From NCBI GenBank assembly GCA_965218975.1, contig OZ244717.1, positions 864,001-928,000 of the forward strand: DNA of 64,000 nt. The letters are read 5' to 3'. A program made the position numbers and the translations under genes. The notes beneath the pieces are model-generated. The model made no database searches. It was not told where the DNA came from and saw nothing but the letters and a program-made list of their open reading frames with translations. Positions 9,748 through 22,600 of the stretch are shown piece by piece; within the stretch, counting starts at the first letter, position 1; each line of letters starts with the position of its first letter. Source of the DNA: Candidatus Oxydemutatoraceae bacterium. Lineage in GTDB: Bacteria; Pseudomonadota; Gammaproteobacteria; Poriferisulfidales; Oxydemutatoraceae.

Positions 9748-11411
9748 TCTGTAATTGCTCCTGAAGAGGCGCTGGTAACTTGTCGCGCATATTTTGCGAG
9801 TATGCCGTGTTGATAGCGTGGCTTCGGAGCTTGCCATTTTTTGAAACGGTTGCGAATTTCTTTTTGTGTCAGCTCCAAATTTAATTGGCGATTGCGAATA
9901 TTGATTGTAATTAAATCTCCATTGCGAATAATTGCCAGTAAACCGCCTGTCGCCGCTTCGGGTGCAATGTGTCCGACGACAAAGCCATGACTGCCGCCGG
10001 AAAAGCGTCCGTCGGTAATCAATGCCACCTGTTCTCCGAGACCCATGCCTATTACTGCCGAAGTTGGCGCCAGCATTTCACGCATTCCCGGTCCGCCCCG
10101 AGGTCCCTCATAACGAATCACAATGACCTCCCCTTTTTTTATTTTGCCGTGAAGAATGTTTTGCATGGCTTGTTCTTCGGAATTAAATACTTGCGCATTA
10201 CCTTGGAAATAGTCGCCTTCTATGCCGCTGATTTTTGCAATCGCACCTTCCGCGGCAATGTTTCCATACAACACGACTAAATGCCCGCTGGGTTTGATGG
10301 GATGATCCAAAGGGCGGATGATGTCTTGACGGTTCGGATAAGGTTTGACTTGTGTCAGGTTTGCCGCCAGTGTTTTGCCGGTAACAGTTAAGCATTCCCC
10401 GTGTAGCAAACCGGCATCAAGCAATTGTTTCATCAGCGGTTGAATGCCACCGATTTTCACCAGTTCGGACATCATGTAACGTCCGCTTGGTTTGAGGTCG
10501 GCAACTACCGGGACACGTTTGCCGATGCGAGTGAAATCGTCCAATTCCAGCCGGATATTGCAACTATGCGCCATTGCAAGCAGATGCAATACCGCATTGG
10601 TTGACCCGCCGAGCGCGGTTACGAGCGTAATCGCATTTTCAAACGCATGTTTTGTCATAATATCGCGCGGCAAAATATTCTTTTTCAACAAGTTGATGGT
10701 GGCCTCACCCGCTAAAACACAATCCCTAGCCTTCGCCGATGACACGGCATTTTGTGCCGAACTGCCCGGCAAACTCATCCCCATTGCTTCAATCGCCGAT
10801 GCCATCGTGTTGGCGGTGTACATACCGCCGCATGAGCCGGGGCCGGGAATCGCATGTTTCTCAATTTCAGTCAATTCTTTTTTGCTGATTTTGCGCCGCT
10901 TGAATGCCCCCACTCCCTCAAACACCGATACAATGTCAATTTTTTTGCCTTGCCGGATTCCGGGTAAGATCGTACCGCCGTAAACAAATACTGCCGGACG
11001 GTTTAAGCGGGCGATTGCCATCATGCAAGCCGGCATATTTTTATCGCAGCCGCCGATCGCGACGATACCGTCAAATCCTTCGCAGGCGGTTACGGCTTCA
11101 ATCGAGTCGGCGATGATTTCGCGTGACACCAATGAGTATTTCATTCCTTCGGTACCCATTGAGATGCCGTCCGATACGGTAATGGTATTGAAGATGATCG
11201 CTTTTCCGCCGTGTTCGTTCACACCGCGAGCGGCACGGCGCGCAAGCTGGTCGATATGCATGTTGCAGGGTGTGACCTCGCTCCAAGTTGAGGCGATACC
11301 GATTTGCGGTTTTTTAAAATCCTGATTGGTAAAACCCACCGCACGCAACATGGCACGGCTCGGAGCGCGCGCTGCGCCGTCCACAATCGGGGAAGAGTAT
11401 TTTCTTTTCAT
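9744..11411 (-). CDS. ilvD: Dihydroxy-acid dehydratase
   Basis: VTPCNMH, SDGISMGTEGMKYSL, GGCDKNMP, CGGMYTANTM, LITDGRFSGG. Confidence 0.97.
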   Translation of the reverse strand: MKRKYSSPIVDGAARAPSRAMLRAVGFTNQDFKKPQIGIASTWSEVTPCNMHIDQLARRAARGVNEHGGKAIIFNTITVSDGISMGTEGMKYSLVSREIIADSIEAVTACEGFDGIVAIGGCDKNMPACMMAIARLNRPAVFVYGGTILPGIRQGKKIDIVSVFEGVGAFKRRKISKKELTEIEKHAIPGPGSCGGMYTANTMASAIEAMGMSLPGSSAQNAVSSAKARDCVLAGEATINLLKKNILPRDIMTKHAFENAITLVTALGGSTNAVLHLLAMAHSCNIRLELDDFTRIGKRVPVVADLKPSGRYMMSELVKIGGIQPLMKQLLDAGLLHGECLTVTGKTLAANLTQVKPYPNRQDIIRPLDHPIKPSGHLVVLYGNIAAEGAIAKISGIEGDYFQGNAQVFNSEEQAMQNILHGKIKKGEVIVIRYEGPRGGPGMREMLAPTSAVIGMGLGEQVALITDGRFSGGSHGFVVGHIAPEAATGGLLAIIRNGDLITINIRNRQLNLELTQKEIRNRFKKWQAPKPRYQHGILAKYARQVTSASSGAITD

Positions 11412-11507
11412 GCTAGTATAGTATGTATGATCGGGAACATACCTGATTTATTTTAGCACACTGTAAATAGTATCATTTCAGATGATACGCGACGGTCGGG
11501 GCAGAAA

Positions 11508-12344
11508 ATGCAAACGGCAAACAAGCAAGTTGTTAATCCGCAGGCGGGTGTAGTGCAGATGAATTCCGGCGCCGATGTTGCGATGAATCTTAAATGTGTT
11601 ACAGATTTGATTGCTCAAGCAAGTTCGGAAGGCGCCAAGTTGGTGGTGTTGCCTGAATCGTTTGCATGTATCGGTAAAACATCAAGACAACAGTTGGTAT
11701 TGGCGGAGCAAGAAGGGGATGGACCGCTACAGGATTTTTTGTCCGAACAAGCGGTGCGGCATCGTATATGGTTATTGGGCGGCACGATTCCGATAAAAAT
11801 CGTCGGTGAGAGGCGTGTGTATGCGCAGAGCATTTTATACGATGCAGACGGCAGCCCGGTTGCACGCTATCGGAAAATACATTTGTTTGATGTTTATCTT
11901 AAGAAGCACGATGTTTGTTGCGCCGAATCAGCGACATTTTTTCCGGGCGATCGGGTGATTGTAGTTGATACACCGCTAGGGCGTCTTGGTATTGCCGTTT
12001 GCTACGATGTACGATTTCCTGAAATGTTTCGCCTAATGTCCGACAGAGGTGCGCAAATCGTTGCTGTTCCTGCGGCATTTACTCACGCCACCGGCGCGGC
12101 GCATTGGCGTACCTTGTTACGGGCGCGGGCAATTGAAAATCAAATGTATATTTTGGCATCGGCACAAACCGGATGCCACGCCAATCAGCGCGAAACATAC
12201 GGGCATAGTATAATCATCGGCGCGTGGGGACAAACGTTGGCCGAGATAGAAGCTGGGGTGGGAGTTATTTGTGCGGAAATTGATTTGATGCGGCAAAAGG
12301 AGTTGAGGCAAGAATTCCCATGTTTAAAGCACCGTGTATTTTAA
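11508..12344 (+). CDS. Carbon-nitrogen hydrolase (Nit1/deaminated glutathione amidase-like)
   Basis: LPE, YRKIHLFDV, VCYDVRFPE, LLRARAIENQ; typical position upstream of tldD. Confidence 0.92.
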   Translation: MQTANKQVVNPQAGVVQMNSGADVAMNLKCVTDLIAQASSEGAKLVVLPESFACIGKTSRQQLVLAEQEGDGPLQDFLSEQAVRHRIWLLGGTIPIKIVGERRVYAQSILYDADGSPVARYRKIHLFDVYLKKHDVCCAESATFFPGDRVIVVDTPLGRLGIAVCYDVRFPEMFRLMSDRGAQIVAVPAAFTHATGAAHWRTLLRARAIENQMYILASAQTGCHANQRETYGHSIIIGAWGQTLAEIEAGVGVICAEIDLMRQKELRQEFPCLKHRVF

Positions 12345-12358
12345 GGTAAAGAGATAAA

Positions 12359-13801
12359 ATGAACGATTTGATCACAATTGCGCGACAGCAATTTCTAACC
12401 GCCGCTGCATTAGACGATGCCGCATTGACACAAGCTCTATCGATGCTTGCCGGTTCCGGTATTGACCAAGGCGATTTATATTTTCAATACTCCCGGCATG
12501 AATCGTGGGCGCTTGAAGACGGTTTGATTAAAGAAGCTGATTTTAGTATTGATCAGGGCGTCGGTGTCCGTGCCGTCAGCGGTGAAAAAACCGGCTTTGC
12601 ATATTCTAACGAAATCGTTTTGCCGGCGCTTTTGGAAGCGAGCAAAGTTGCGTGCAGCATCGCGCATCGTGGTCAGCAGGGGACGGTGAAGGTGCATAAA
12701 ACGGTACAGCCGCATAATTTATATCCGTCGCATAACCCCTCCGAAGATTTGACTGTTGAGGACAAGGTCGGGTTGTTACGTACTATTGATGAAAGTGCCC
12801 GCAAACAGGACTCTCGCGTGGGACAAGTCATCGCATCATTGACGAGCCGGTATGAAATTATATTGGTTATGGCAACCGATGGAACGATTGCTGCCGATGT
12901 GCGACCGCTAGTACGGATGGATGTGACAGTCATTGCCGAAAATAAGCAGCAGAGAGGGCGCGGGTATAGCGGCGCCGGCGGACGTTACGGATTCTCTAAT
13001 TTTGCCCGCAACCGAACTGCACAAAAGTTGGTTGATGAGGCGGTGCGTCAAGCCATTGTGAATCTTGATGCGATACCGGCCCCCGCAGGCAATATGACAG
13101 TTGTATTGGGTGCGGGCTGGCCGGGGGTGCTATTGCACGAAGCAGTCGGACACGGACTTGAAGGCGATGCGGTGCGTAAGAAAACATCCGTGTTTAGCGG
13201 TTGTGTCGGCGAGCGGGTCGCAAGTCGCGGAGTGACTGTGGTTGATGATGGCACTTTAGCCGGGCGCCGCGGTTCCTTAAATGTGGATGACGAAGGAACT
13301 CCCACACAGTGTACAACGTTAATAGAAAATGGGATTCTGAAAACTTTTATGCAGGATAAGATGAGTGCGCGTTTAATGGAAACGCAATCAACCGGTAACG
13401 GCAGACGTGAATCCTATGCACATTTACCGATGACACGGATGACAAATACTTATATGCTTGCCGGCGATTTATCTCCCGAAGAAATCATTGAATCGGTTGA
13501 TGACGGACTTTATGCGGTAAATTTTGGTGGCGGGCAAGTGGATATCATTTCGGGCAAGTTTGTATTCTCCGCGTCGGAGGGGTATCTCATCAAGAACGGT
13601 AAAATTACCGTGCCGGTTAAAGGAGCATCATTGATTGGCAACGGTCCCGACGTGTTGACGCGAGTCTCAATGATCGGCAATGACTTGAAATTAGACGATG
13701 GCATCGGGACCTGCGGAAAGAACGGTCAGATGGTACCGGTCGGCGTCGGGCAACCGACATTGCGAATTGACGGAATCACGGTTGGCGGTACTGCATCGTG
13801 A
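12359..13801 (+). CDS. tldD: Metalloprotease TldD
   Basis: [45 protein letters not shown]. Confidence 0.96.
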   Translation: MNDLITIARQQFLTAAALDDAALTQALSMLAGSGIDQGDLYFQYSRHESWALEDGLIKEADFSIDQGVGVRAVSGEKTGFAYSNEIVLPALLEASKVACSIAHRGQQGTVKVHKTVQPHNLYPSHNPSEDLTVEDKVGLLRTIDESARKQDSRVGQVIASLTSRYEIILVMATDGTIAADVRPLVRMDVTVIAENKQQRGRGYSGAGGRYGFSNFARNRTAQKLVDEAVRQAIVNLDAIPAPAGNMTVVLGAGWPGVLLHEAVGHGLEGDAVRKKTSVFSGCVGERVASRGVTVVDDGTLAGRRGSLNVDDEGTPTQCTTLIENGILKTFMQDKMSARLMETQSTGNGRRESYAHLPMTRMTNTYMLAGDLSPEEIIESVDDGLYAVNFGGGQVDIISGKFVFSASEGYLIKNGKITVPVKGASLIGNGPDVLTRVSMIGNDLKLDDGIGTCGKNGQMVPVGVGQPTLRIDGITVGGTAS

Positions 13802-15126
13802 GCGCGGCACTTGATGAAACGGCGCTGTTGACAACGGCACAGTTGGCGCTGACAACCGCACGTAGCCTCGGTGCCGACGCCGCCGAAGTTTCCGTTGCTG
13901 CCGACAGCGGCTATACCGTTACCGCTCGCGACGGCGATGTTGAAACCGTTGAGCGTGGCAACGATCATGAGTTGGTTGTTACTATTTATTCCGATGCTTG
14001 TAAAGGTTCATCTGCCGTCTCCGAATTTAGCACACAGTCTGTCAAACAGGCAGTCGCCGCCGCCAATGAGATTGCCAAGCATACTTCAAAAGATAAGTAT
14101 ATCGGTTTATGTGATGCCGATTTACTTGCAACGGATTTTCCCGAACTGCAGTTGGACCGGGAGTGGCAGATTGATGTACCACAGGCCATTGACATTGCGC
14201 TTGAATGTGAAAATGCTATGCGCGATAGAGCGGAGATTGTAAATACTGACGGCGCCACTGTTGCAACCGAACGGCGTATTGCTTGTTATGCTAATTCGCA
14301 CGGGTTTGCACATGCCTATCCGCTGACATATCACTCGATTAGCGCAGTGGCGATTGCCGGGAAAAACGATAAGTTACAACGCGATTATTGGTATAGCGCC
14401 AACCGGCATCCTGAAAAACTGGAAGATCATATTCAAGTGGGTCATCGTGCTGCCGAACGCGCGGTGCGGCGGCTGGGTACGCATAAGCCTAAGACCGGGA
14501 AAGTGGCGGTGATGTTTGAAGCGCCGGTCGCCGCCGGTCTATTCGGCACATTTATCGGCGCGGTCAAGGGTTGTGTTCTGTGCAGTAAAACGTCGTTTCT
14601 TTGTTCTGCGTTGAATACACAAGTATTCCCTTCCGAGATGCAGATTGCCGAAGCGCCGCATTTAATCGGTGCGATAGGCAGTGCATCGTTTGATCACGAA
14701 GGAGTTACGACGCGTCCCAATAAAATTGTTTGCGATGGAATATTAAACAACTACGTACTTGATAGCTACTCGGCGCGACGTTTAGGTATGCAAACGACCG
14801 GCAACGCTGGTGGCGTGCATAACTTGGGATTTAATATCGACAAATGCAGCACCGCTGAAATGTTGCAAGCGATGGACCGGGGATTATTGGTTACGGAACT
14901 GATCGGACACGGTGTGAATCTTGTAACCGGAGATTATTCACGTGGCGCGGTTGGGTTCTGGGTTGAAAACGGCGAGATTCAATATCCTGTTGAAGAAGTG
15001 ACGATTGCCGGTAATCTGCGCACGATGTTCCGGCAGATTGCGATGATGAGTGATGACATTGATGAACGCCTCAATATCCGCAGCGGTTCGATCTTGATTG
15101 AGGAAATGACTCTCGCTGCCGATTAA
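13798..15126 (+). CDS. pmbA: Metalloprotease PmbA/TldE
   Basis: [43 protein letters not shown]. Confidence 0.94.
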   Translation: MSAALDETALLTTAQLALTTARSLGADAAEVSVAADSGYTVTARDGDVETVERGNDHELVVTIYSDACKGSSAVSEFSTQSVKQAVAAANEIAKHTSKDKYIGLCDADLLATDFPELQLDREWQIDVPQAIDIALECENAMRDRAEIVNTDGATVATERRIACYANSHGFAHAYPLTYHSISAVAIAGKNDKLQRDYWYSANRHPEKLEDHIQVGHRAAERAVRRLGTHKPKTGKVAVMFEAPVAAGLFGTFIGAVKGCVLCSKTSFLCSALNTQVFPSEMQIAEAPHLIGAIGSASFDHEGVTTRPNKIVCDGILNNYVLDSYSARRLGMQTTGNAGGVHNLGFNIDKCSTAEMLQAMDRGLLVTELIGHGVNLVTGDYSRGAVGFWVENGEIQYPVEEVTIAGNLRTMFRQIAMMSDDIDERLNIRSGSILIEEMTLAAD

Positions 15127-15278
15127 GCAACTTATTGAGGGACAGGAGCCCACGGTCCGGCTTATGCAGCTATCGGCAAGAGTTTCCCTCCGCTTGCTTA
15201 GGCGATGTATTTTCTGTGCCATGAATTGGTATCGCTATCGAAATTAAAAAATCTTATCTTAAATTTTAGCGTTTGTTT

Positions 15279-15556
15279 CTTGACTTCGTATGTTTTGGCT
15301 CATAAGTGATTGCCCATGAGTGATTGTGCCATTGCTCTCAGGATTCTCAGGGACACTACATTAACAGTGTTGCTTGCGACGCTCCCGCGCTCAGTTTCCT
15401 TCAAGGCGTAACTTGTCGGGAAGTGGGAACGGAGCTTCGTCCCATTTCAGGCCTATGCTACGGTAGGTCCTGTTGGCGTCCGCGCTCGCGCAGCTCGGCA
15501 TCGCATACCGCTCGAGCGTGTCGGTACGTACCAAGATGCCCAACTGCAAGGCGTTG
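15279..15556 (-). mobile_element. Degenerate 3' remnant of a related IS1634-family element
   Basis: CTTGACTTCGTATGTTTTG terminal repeat plus transposase C-terminus LQLGILVRTDT.ERYAMPS...GLKWDEAPFPLPDK. Confidence 0.85.
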
Positions 15557-15907
15557 TATAGTGCCGGATACATATGGGACTCACGGCACGATTCAAAAAG
15601 GTGACCGATATGCAATATCAACACATCGGCCACCGCATCAAAGGTTTCTATATGAGCCAATTTAGCTTCAAAAATGGAGGCTCATGAGCGCTCTAGACTT
15701 CAACAGAAATATGCTACCCTCATTTTGGGAGGGTGTAACCCCCGAACGCATTCAAGCTCGGTCGCAGTACTTTGTACCGCCGCGCCGACGTTATCGCCGC
15801 ATTGGACTCAGTGCATTGCATGACCGCACCAAAGCGCCGCGCAAGAGGCGTCAGCGGATCTGGCCGCAACCGATTCAGTGTGAAACTGTTTTGCGCTTGT
15901 TGCCGTG

Positions 15908-15957
15908 TTGTCGGCGGATTGTGCCGGATTGTCGGCGGATTGTGCCGGATTGTCGGC
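15908..15957 (+). repeat. 21-bp tandem repeat, about 2.4 copies
   Basis: TTGTCGGCGGATTGTGCCGGA x2 followed by TTGTCGGC. Confidence 0.9.
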
Positions 15958-15963
15958 AAAGTG

Positions 15964-16265
15964 CCTGTCATCCATGACGCGACTGGGTTCTGTCAACAAG
16001 CCCCAGCCCCGACATCCTTGTCGGGTCGTTCACCGCTGAAAACCGATCGGTTTTCCGGGCGCGTTTCACCCATGACGCGACTGGGTTCTGTCAACAAGCT
16101 CCAGCCCCGACATCCTTGTCGGGTCGTTCACCGCTGAAAACCAATTGGTTTTCCGAGCGCGTTTCATCCATGACGCGACTGGGTTCTGTCAATGAACGCC
16201 AGCCCTGACATCCTTGTCGGGTCGTTCGCCGCTGAAAACCGATCGGTTTTCCGGGTGCGTCTCAC
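15964..16265 (+). repeat. Three tandem 98-bp palindrome-rich units
   Basis: CATGACGCGACTGGG starts at 15973, 16071 and 16169; each unit has a CCCGACA-N4-TGTCGGG-type hairpin and a GAAAACCGATCGGTTTTC-type palindrome. Confidence 0.92.
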
Positions 16266-16374
16266 CCTGCACCGCCCTCATGCCGGCAACGGACAGAATG
16301 CACCGATCCGAATGTTGCTGCCGAATGCTTCCCCGGAAGCTCTTCAAGAATCCCATTTAGAGTGGTATCGTACA
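16266..16374 (+). mobile_element. IS481-like transposase C-terminal remnant and right end (...TCGTACA)
   Basis: LHRPHAGNGQNAPIRMLLPNASPEALQESHLEWYRT; homologous to 47978-48086 and about 62929-62986. Confidence 0.7.
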
Positions 16375-16379
16375 TCTTG

Positions 16380-16409
16380 TTGACTGACATTAAACACATG
16401 TGCTAAAGT
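16380..16409 (+). promoter_or_regulatory. Putative sigma70 promoter upstream of the giant surface-protein gene
   Basis: TTGACT-N18-TAAAGT with a TGn extended -10. Confidence 0.5.
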
Positions 16410-16699
16410 CTGTAAAATAATTCGGATTCATAAACATTACTCATACTCATGCGAAAGCAAGGCCGCTCGCACACAAAATTAAATTGCGAACGAAATATTG
16501 GGTTCAATACCGGTGGTTCAATACCGGTGCTGATTTTTCAACATGAATGTAAGCGTGAACATAATGCCGTATATGATGACAGTCGGCGGCGCCGAGAGTC
16601 ATTTGCAGAATGAGCGACTGCGAATGTTTTACTGCGCAAACGTCAAGCGGGCCCTTGAGCGTATTTTCGGCTTGGCGGGCATTGCGGTTTATTGACAAG

Positions 16700-19600
16700 A
16701 TGTTGAAGTTTTGTTGCTCCCGAGCGTTGTCGCGCGCGCAAAGTTTTTCCTTCGGTTTGTGTCTGTTGGCCGTATTGATTGCTTCAGTCTATGTTGAACC
16801 TGCCCACGCTCAGACTGCGCCTGCAATCATTGACATCAATATCGTATCGCAACCGGCATTGGGAGGCACCTACCTTTTCGACGAGACGATCGAAGTGGCG
16901 CTGACGTTCGACGAGACAGTGACTGTAACCGGCGTGCCGCTGATCGAGCTGAATATCGGCGGCCCGAGCACGGCGCGTTACGTTCGCGGCAGCGGCAGCG
17001 ATACGCTGATATTCGCCTATACGGTTGAGGCGGATGTCTTCGACGATGGCGACGGTATCAGCGTTGTGGAAAACACATTGGCGCAAGACGGCGATATAAA
17101 CATGGGGCACCGCGGCGGGGCCGGGGTTGCCATTGTTTCTGACGATGACACCCCGATTGACCTTTCCAATTCGGCGCGGGATTTTCCCGATGTCAGAGTT
17201 GATGGTAGCGACAACCCGACACTATTGTTGCTCGGTTACGCTGGCTTCTATGCATTGGCGGGTGACTTTTTTACTGCGGGAAGGGAACTCGCGATGCCGT
17301 TGATAACCGGCCCGAATGCGAACGGATATTTGCTGCAGAGTGTTGAACTGCCGGTTACCCGTCCTGACGTGGCCAGCTTCTCCGATCTGACCGTTGCTTT
17401 GCGGTCTGCTTCGGAGGACGGCCCGGGCGACGTGCTTGCGACTTTTACCGCTCCGGGTGATGATGTTTCCGGCCGGCCGACGTTCACGCTGCCCTCGAGA
17501 GCGTTCCTGCAGCCGAACACCACTTATTTTATAAGTTATCTCAATAATAGCACCGCTACTTTCAACTTTTTCGCTGCTCAAATAGGTGACCTGGAAACCG
17601 GATCGTTCGAATGGATCAGCGCTATCTCACCAAATTGTGGAGCCAATGACCCCACTATTACCCTATGCTTGTATATACGCGATATGCCAAGTGCTCCGTG
17701 GGCGGGGTTTCCTTTAATAACGGGGGTTCCCGCGGAATACTTCGGATCGCTTGTCGCCCGTACCGAAGTTCGAATCATTGATGAAGCAAGCGATATAGCC
17801 GTCTTGACTGCATCGTCCAATTTGGCATTAGACACTAGGGATATCACCGTCAGCGAACATCAGCCTTTCTTAGTTTTCACGACATATACCGCGCAAAGGC
17901 TAGCGACTGAAAGCATGAATTTGAGCCTTGAAGTCACTCGGGAGGACGGTACAGTTTTGCCTGCCGGGGATCTCCCCGACGACGGTTTGAGAAAAACCCT
18001 GACAGTAACCACTGGGACGACGACACAGTCTTTTCTGCAGCTGGGGTTTGCACCGGACTTAGACGAGAATGCGGATTATCAGTACCGTTACTGCGCGGCG
18101 AATGGTACCTGTTCGTCTACGTTGACGGTGAGTTACTTAACGGCTGAAGCGCCGACGACTGATGTCACGGCAATCAGTCCGCGCTGGAAGGATGTCCTCA
18201 GCGATCAGAGTGTAATCACCGGCACCGGCAACTGTTCGGCAGGTTTGAACGTTGAGACAGTTGCAAATCTCACCCAAGAAAATAACACAGTTCGCTTCGG
18301 CGATATAGCTCCCGCTGATAACGTGCTTCCGCCGCGTGGCGGTGTGTCGGGTTTGATGTATTCATTTGGTTTTCTCAACGATGATTTTTCCGGCGGTACT
18401 TATGGCGAGATTGCTTCCGGCAACTTTGACGCCTCAAAGCAAGAGTTGGTGCTTAGCGCCAAATGGTGGTGGACCAACGGTTCGGATTCGGCAGAACCGA
18501 CGTGTTCGGGTAGTTACACTAGTACTTTAACGCCGTTGCCGGCAACCGTTTCTGAAACCGCGACGACGCCTAGTGCTCCGCTAAATTTGCAGGTGCAGGT
18601 GTTCGAGGAGTTTTCCGGGGTATTGATCACTTGGTCCGCACCGGATGACGGAGGAGCGCCGATTACCGCTTATCGCATTTACTGGAGAAAAACCGACGAA
18701 CAACAAGAGCAGTCAAAGACGGTTTTTCCAAGTAACAATCAGTACTTCCTAGCAGGAATTGATCCCGATGCAGATTATGCATTTGCGGTGACGGCATGGA
18801 ATGAACTCGGTGAAGGTGAACGAAGCACTATCGATACTTTAACCATTATGACCACGTCGGTTGACCCGGCATTAAACGCTTTTGGGGAGAGTGTCACTGT
18901 AAAGGAACATCAGCCTTTCTTAGTTTTCACGACATATACCGCGCAAAGGCTAGCGACTGAAAGCATGAATTTGAGCCTTGAAGTCACTCGGGAGGACGGT
19001 ACAGTTTTGCCTGCCGGGGATCTCCCCGACGACGGTTTGAGAAAAACCCTGACAGTAACCACTGGGACGACGACACAGTCTTTTCTGCAGCTGGGGTTTG
19101 CACCGGACTTAGACGAGAATGCGGATTATCAGTACCGTTACTGCGCGGCGAATGGTACCTGTTCGTCTACGTTGACGGTGAGTTACTTAACGGCTGAAGC
19201 GCCGACGACTGATGTCACGGCAATCAGTCCGCGCTGGAAGGAGGCCTTCAGCGATCAGAGTGTAATCACCGGCACCGGCAACTGTTCGGCAGGTTTGAAC
19301 GTTGAGACAGTTGCAAATCTCACCCAAGAAAATAACACAGTTCGCTTCGGCGATATAGCTCCCGCTGATAACGTGCTTCCGCCGCGTGGCGGTGTGTCGG
19401 GTTTGATGTATTCATTTGGTTTTCTCAACGATGATTTTTCCGGCGGTACTTATGGCGAGATTGCTTCCGGCAACTTTGACGCCTCAAAGCAAGAGTTGGT
19501 GCTTAGCGCCAAATGGTGGTGGACCAACGGTTCGGATTCGGCAGAACCGACGTGTTCGGGTAGTTACACTAGTACTTTAACGCCGTTGCCGGCAACCGTT

Positions 19601-22600
19601 TCTGAAACCGCGACGACGCCTAGTGCTCCGCTAAATTTGCAGGTGCAGGTGTTCGAGGAGTTTTCCGGGGTATTGATCACTTGGTCCGCACCGGATGACG
19701 GAGGAGCGCCGATTACCGCTTATCGCATTTACTGGAGAAAAACCGACGAACAACAAGAGCAGTCAAAGACGGTTTTTCCAAGTAACAATCAGTACTTCCT
19801 AGCAGGAATTGATCCCGATGCAGATTATGCATTTGCGGTGACGGCATGGAATGAGCTCGGTGAAGGTGAACGAAGCACTGCCGTCTCGCCGCCGGCATCG
19901 CCGACGGATCTGTCAGCGACAGCGGGTCATAAACGGGTAATACTCGAATGGATGACGGGCGACGGCGGCGGCAGCGCGATCACGCACTATCAATATCGGC
20001 AGAAAGTAGACGGTGAGGATTTCAGTGGATGGATGAATATTCCGGACGGCGATGATGCCGACAGCGACGCCGGTAACGAGACGAGTTATACGGTTACCGG
20101 TCTGACGAACGGCACGAGCTACCTCTTCCAAGTGCGTGCGGTGAATGCTCTTGGCGCGCACAGCGAGGCCACGGCTGAGGTTGGTGCGAGACCGTTCTTG
20201 ATTGAAATCGCTACTGGTGATTTTGCTATTACGGATGTTTATGCCGGCCCTTTTTCTGGCCTTCTGGGTATTACACCAAACGAGCAGGTGATTGCGCGTC
20301 CGGTGTTCGTCTTTGTCGGGTTTATCGGTGGCGTCCGGATGAGTGGTATTGAGCCAGATGAGATCGAAATTGGGAACGGTGATATTTTGCTGGTGAGAGT
20401 CGGTGACGAATGCGGCTTCGGCACCCCGATCCCAGATAACGTTATCTGTATAGAGATACTCCCGACCGGGCCGAATGGTTCTCAGCTTACGATGAGTCTT
20501 CCTGCCGATGTTGCCGATCTAGGCAATGCCGCGGCACCGGATTTCTATCGCCGGGAAATCGTTCGTTCGGACGGTATCATGGCAGAGGCCGTCTCAATGC
20601 CTGACGGTCCGATTCTCACATCGGAGCCGTTCGTAGTTACTTTTACTTTCAGCGGCGACGGAATATTAATAGGAGTAAGAGGGGCTGCGGCGGATAATGT
20701 TCCGTTCCCTTTGGAGGATTACTTGGAGCCTGAGGAAATTGAGGTAGTTTATAGTCCCCCTGCACCGTCCGGTGGTACTTTTATTCGTCTTGAGGTTTCC
20801 AATTCCAGTGCTAGTATGGGACATACTAATATTGATATTACCCTTCGGGCAAGGCAGCGCTATGAGGGTGTGCTGACTGTAACTTTACCTGCCGGCTCGG
20901 CTCGCAACATTTATGGGGATTCCTTACCTGAGACAAGTTTCTCAATCGAAGTCGACACTTTCCACCCGATTGGCATTGTTGCGTCTTCAACTTTTGTGGT
21001 GGAAGGTACGACAGCAGTATTTACACTGATGCGAGACGGTCTAATAGATAGAGAGACGGAAGTAACGGTAGAAGTAACCGAGACGAACGAAATGGTGGCC
21101 GCTGCGGATGAAGGAAGGAAGAGTGTAGCATTCGCTGCGGGCTCAAGCACGGCAATATTTTCAGTTCCGACTGTTGAGGATATTTCGGATGAAGACGACA
21201 GTGTGGTTACGGTTCGAGTGATCGGGGTTGGTTCTGATTATGTAGTAGATATGACACAAAACATTGCTACGGTGACGATACGAGACAACGATGCTGTGCC
21301 CGATGCACCGGCGGACTTAGCAGCCGCGGCGGGCGATACGCACGCGGTCCTAAGTTGGGATGCGCCTGCCGACTCCGGCGCTTCGCCGATTGACCATTAC
21401 GAATATCGCGCGAGTAGCGACGGCGGAACGGTTTGGAATCCGGATTGGACCGACGCCGGCGATGCGACGAGTGAGGTCAGGACTCAAATCGTAACCGATT
21501 TGACCAACGACACGGAATACACATTTGAAGTGCGTGCGGTCAGCGCAATAGGCAACGGCACGACCGCGCAAGTCACGGCGACACCGAGTTCCGCGACGGC
21601 GGTATTCATCCTGATGTTTGATCCGACCGAATATACGGTCAATGAAAGCGATGGGCGGGTTGAACTCACGCTCAGACTGACCGGCGTCGGGCGTGCGCCG
21701 CAGGATAAAGTGACCGTTACTGTCTCGACACGCGAAGGCAGCGCGGATATTTTGGAGGATTATCGACCCTTTGATAATGCGGAAGTCGTCTTTTCACCCG
21801 AAGTAGGCGTGACCGAGTTATCGCAAACGGTGACGGCTGAGATTGTCAATGACAACATTTTGACCCTCGATGATCAGAGCTTTTCGGTGGTTATTACGGA
21901 TAGAACAGCGGCGCATTCCGACGATACGGTCGTGATTGATCGGGGTCGCAGCGAAGCGACGGTGACTATCGTCGATGACGGTGTAGGTCCTAGGTGGAAT
22001 TATTTGCAGGAATTGCCTAGTACCGTTAATGAAAGCACGGGCATGAATACGGTTTCAATCCGGTTGGGTCAGGGAGAAGGGCTTTTCGATGGGATTTATA
22101 CAATTATGCTTGAGGTGGGGGGAACGGCGACGTTCGAGGAGGATTATATAATAGAGTTTGTCAGCGGGAGGGATATAGGATCGAGAACGCTGCCGTTCAC
22201 GAAAGGCGACCGTTTGATGCGACCGATTGAGTTCATGGATGGGCGTGATGATGAGGGTAGTATACATATACGAGAGTTAAGGTTGCGCTTAGTGGTGACG
22301 GATGACACGGTGTATGAAGCGGATGAGACGATTGAGTTGCGCTTAACTACGAGCCACCCGGCCGCTACGGTGAGGGACGGGGACGATACGACGCAGACAA
22401 TCACGCTCATCGACAACGATACGACGCCGGTATTGTCTCTGTCGGTCGGTGCGACTGTTATCGACGAAGGGGCATCGGTTGATATTACAGTGATGACGAC
22501 CGCGACCGAGTCGGTATATGCCGAAGATCAAACAATTACGTTAGAGTTTACTGGCGATGCGATGCCTGAGGACGACTATACGGTATCAGTTGACGGTTCG

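Noticed and set aside
16501-16528. 14-bp tandem duplication GGTTCAATACCGGT upstream of the adhesin gene
   Set aside because: Only two copies and no other occurrence noticed; it cannot be distinguished from replication slippage.
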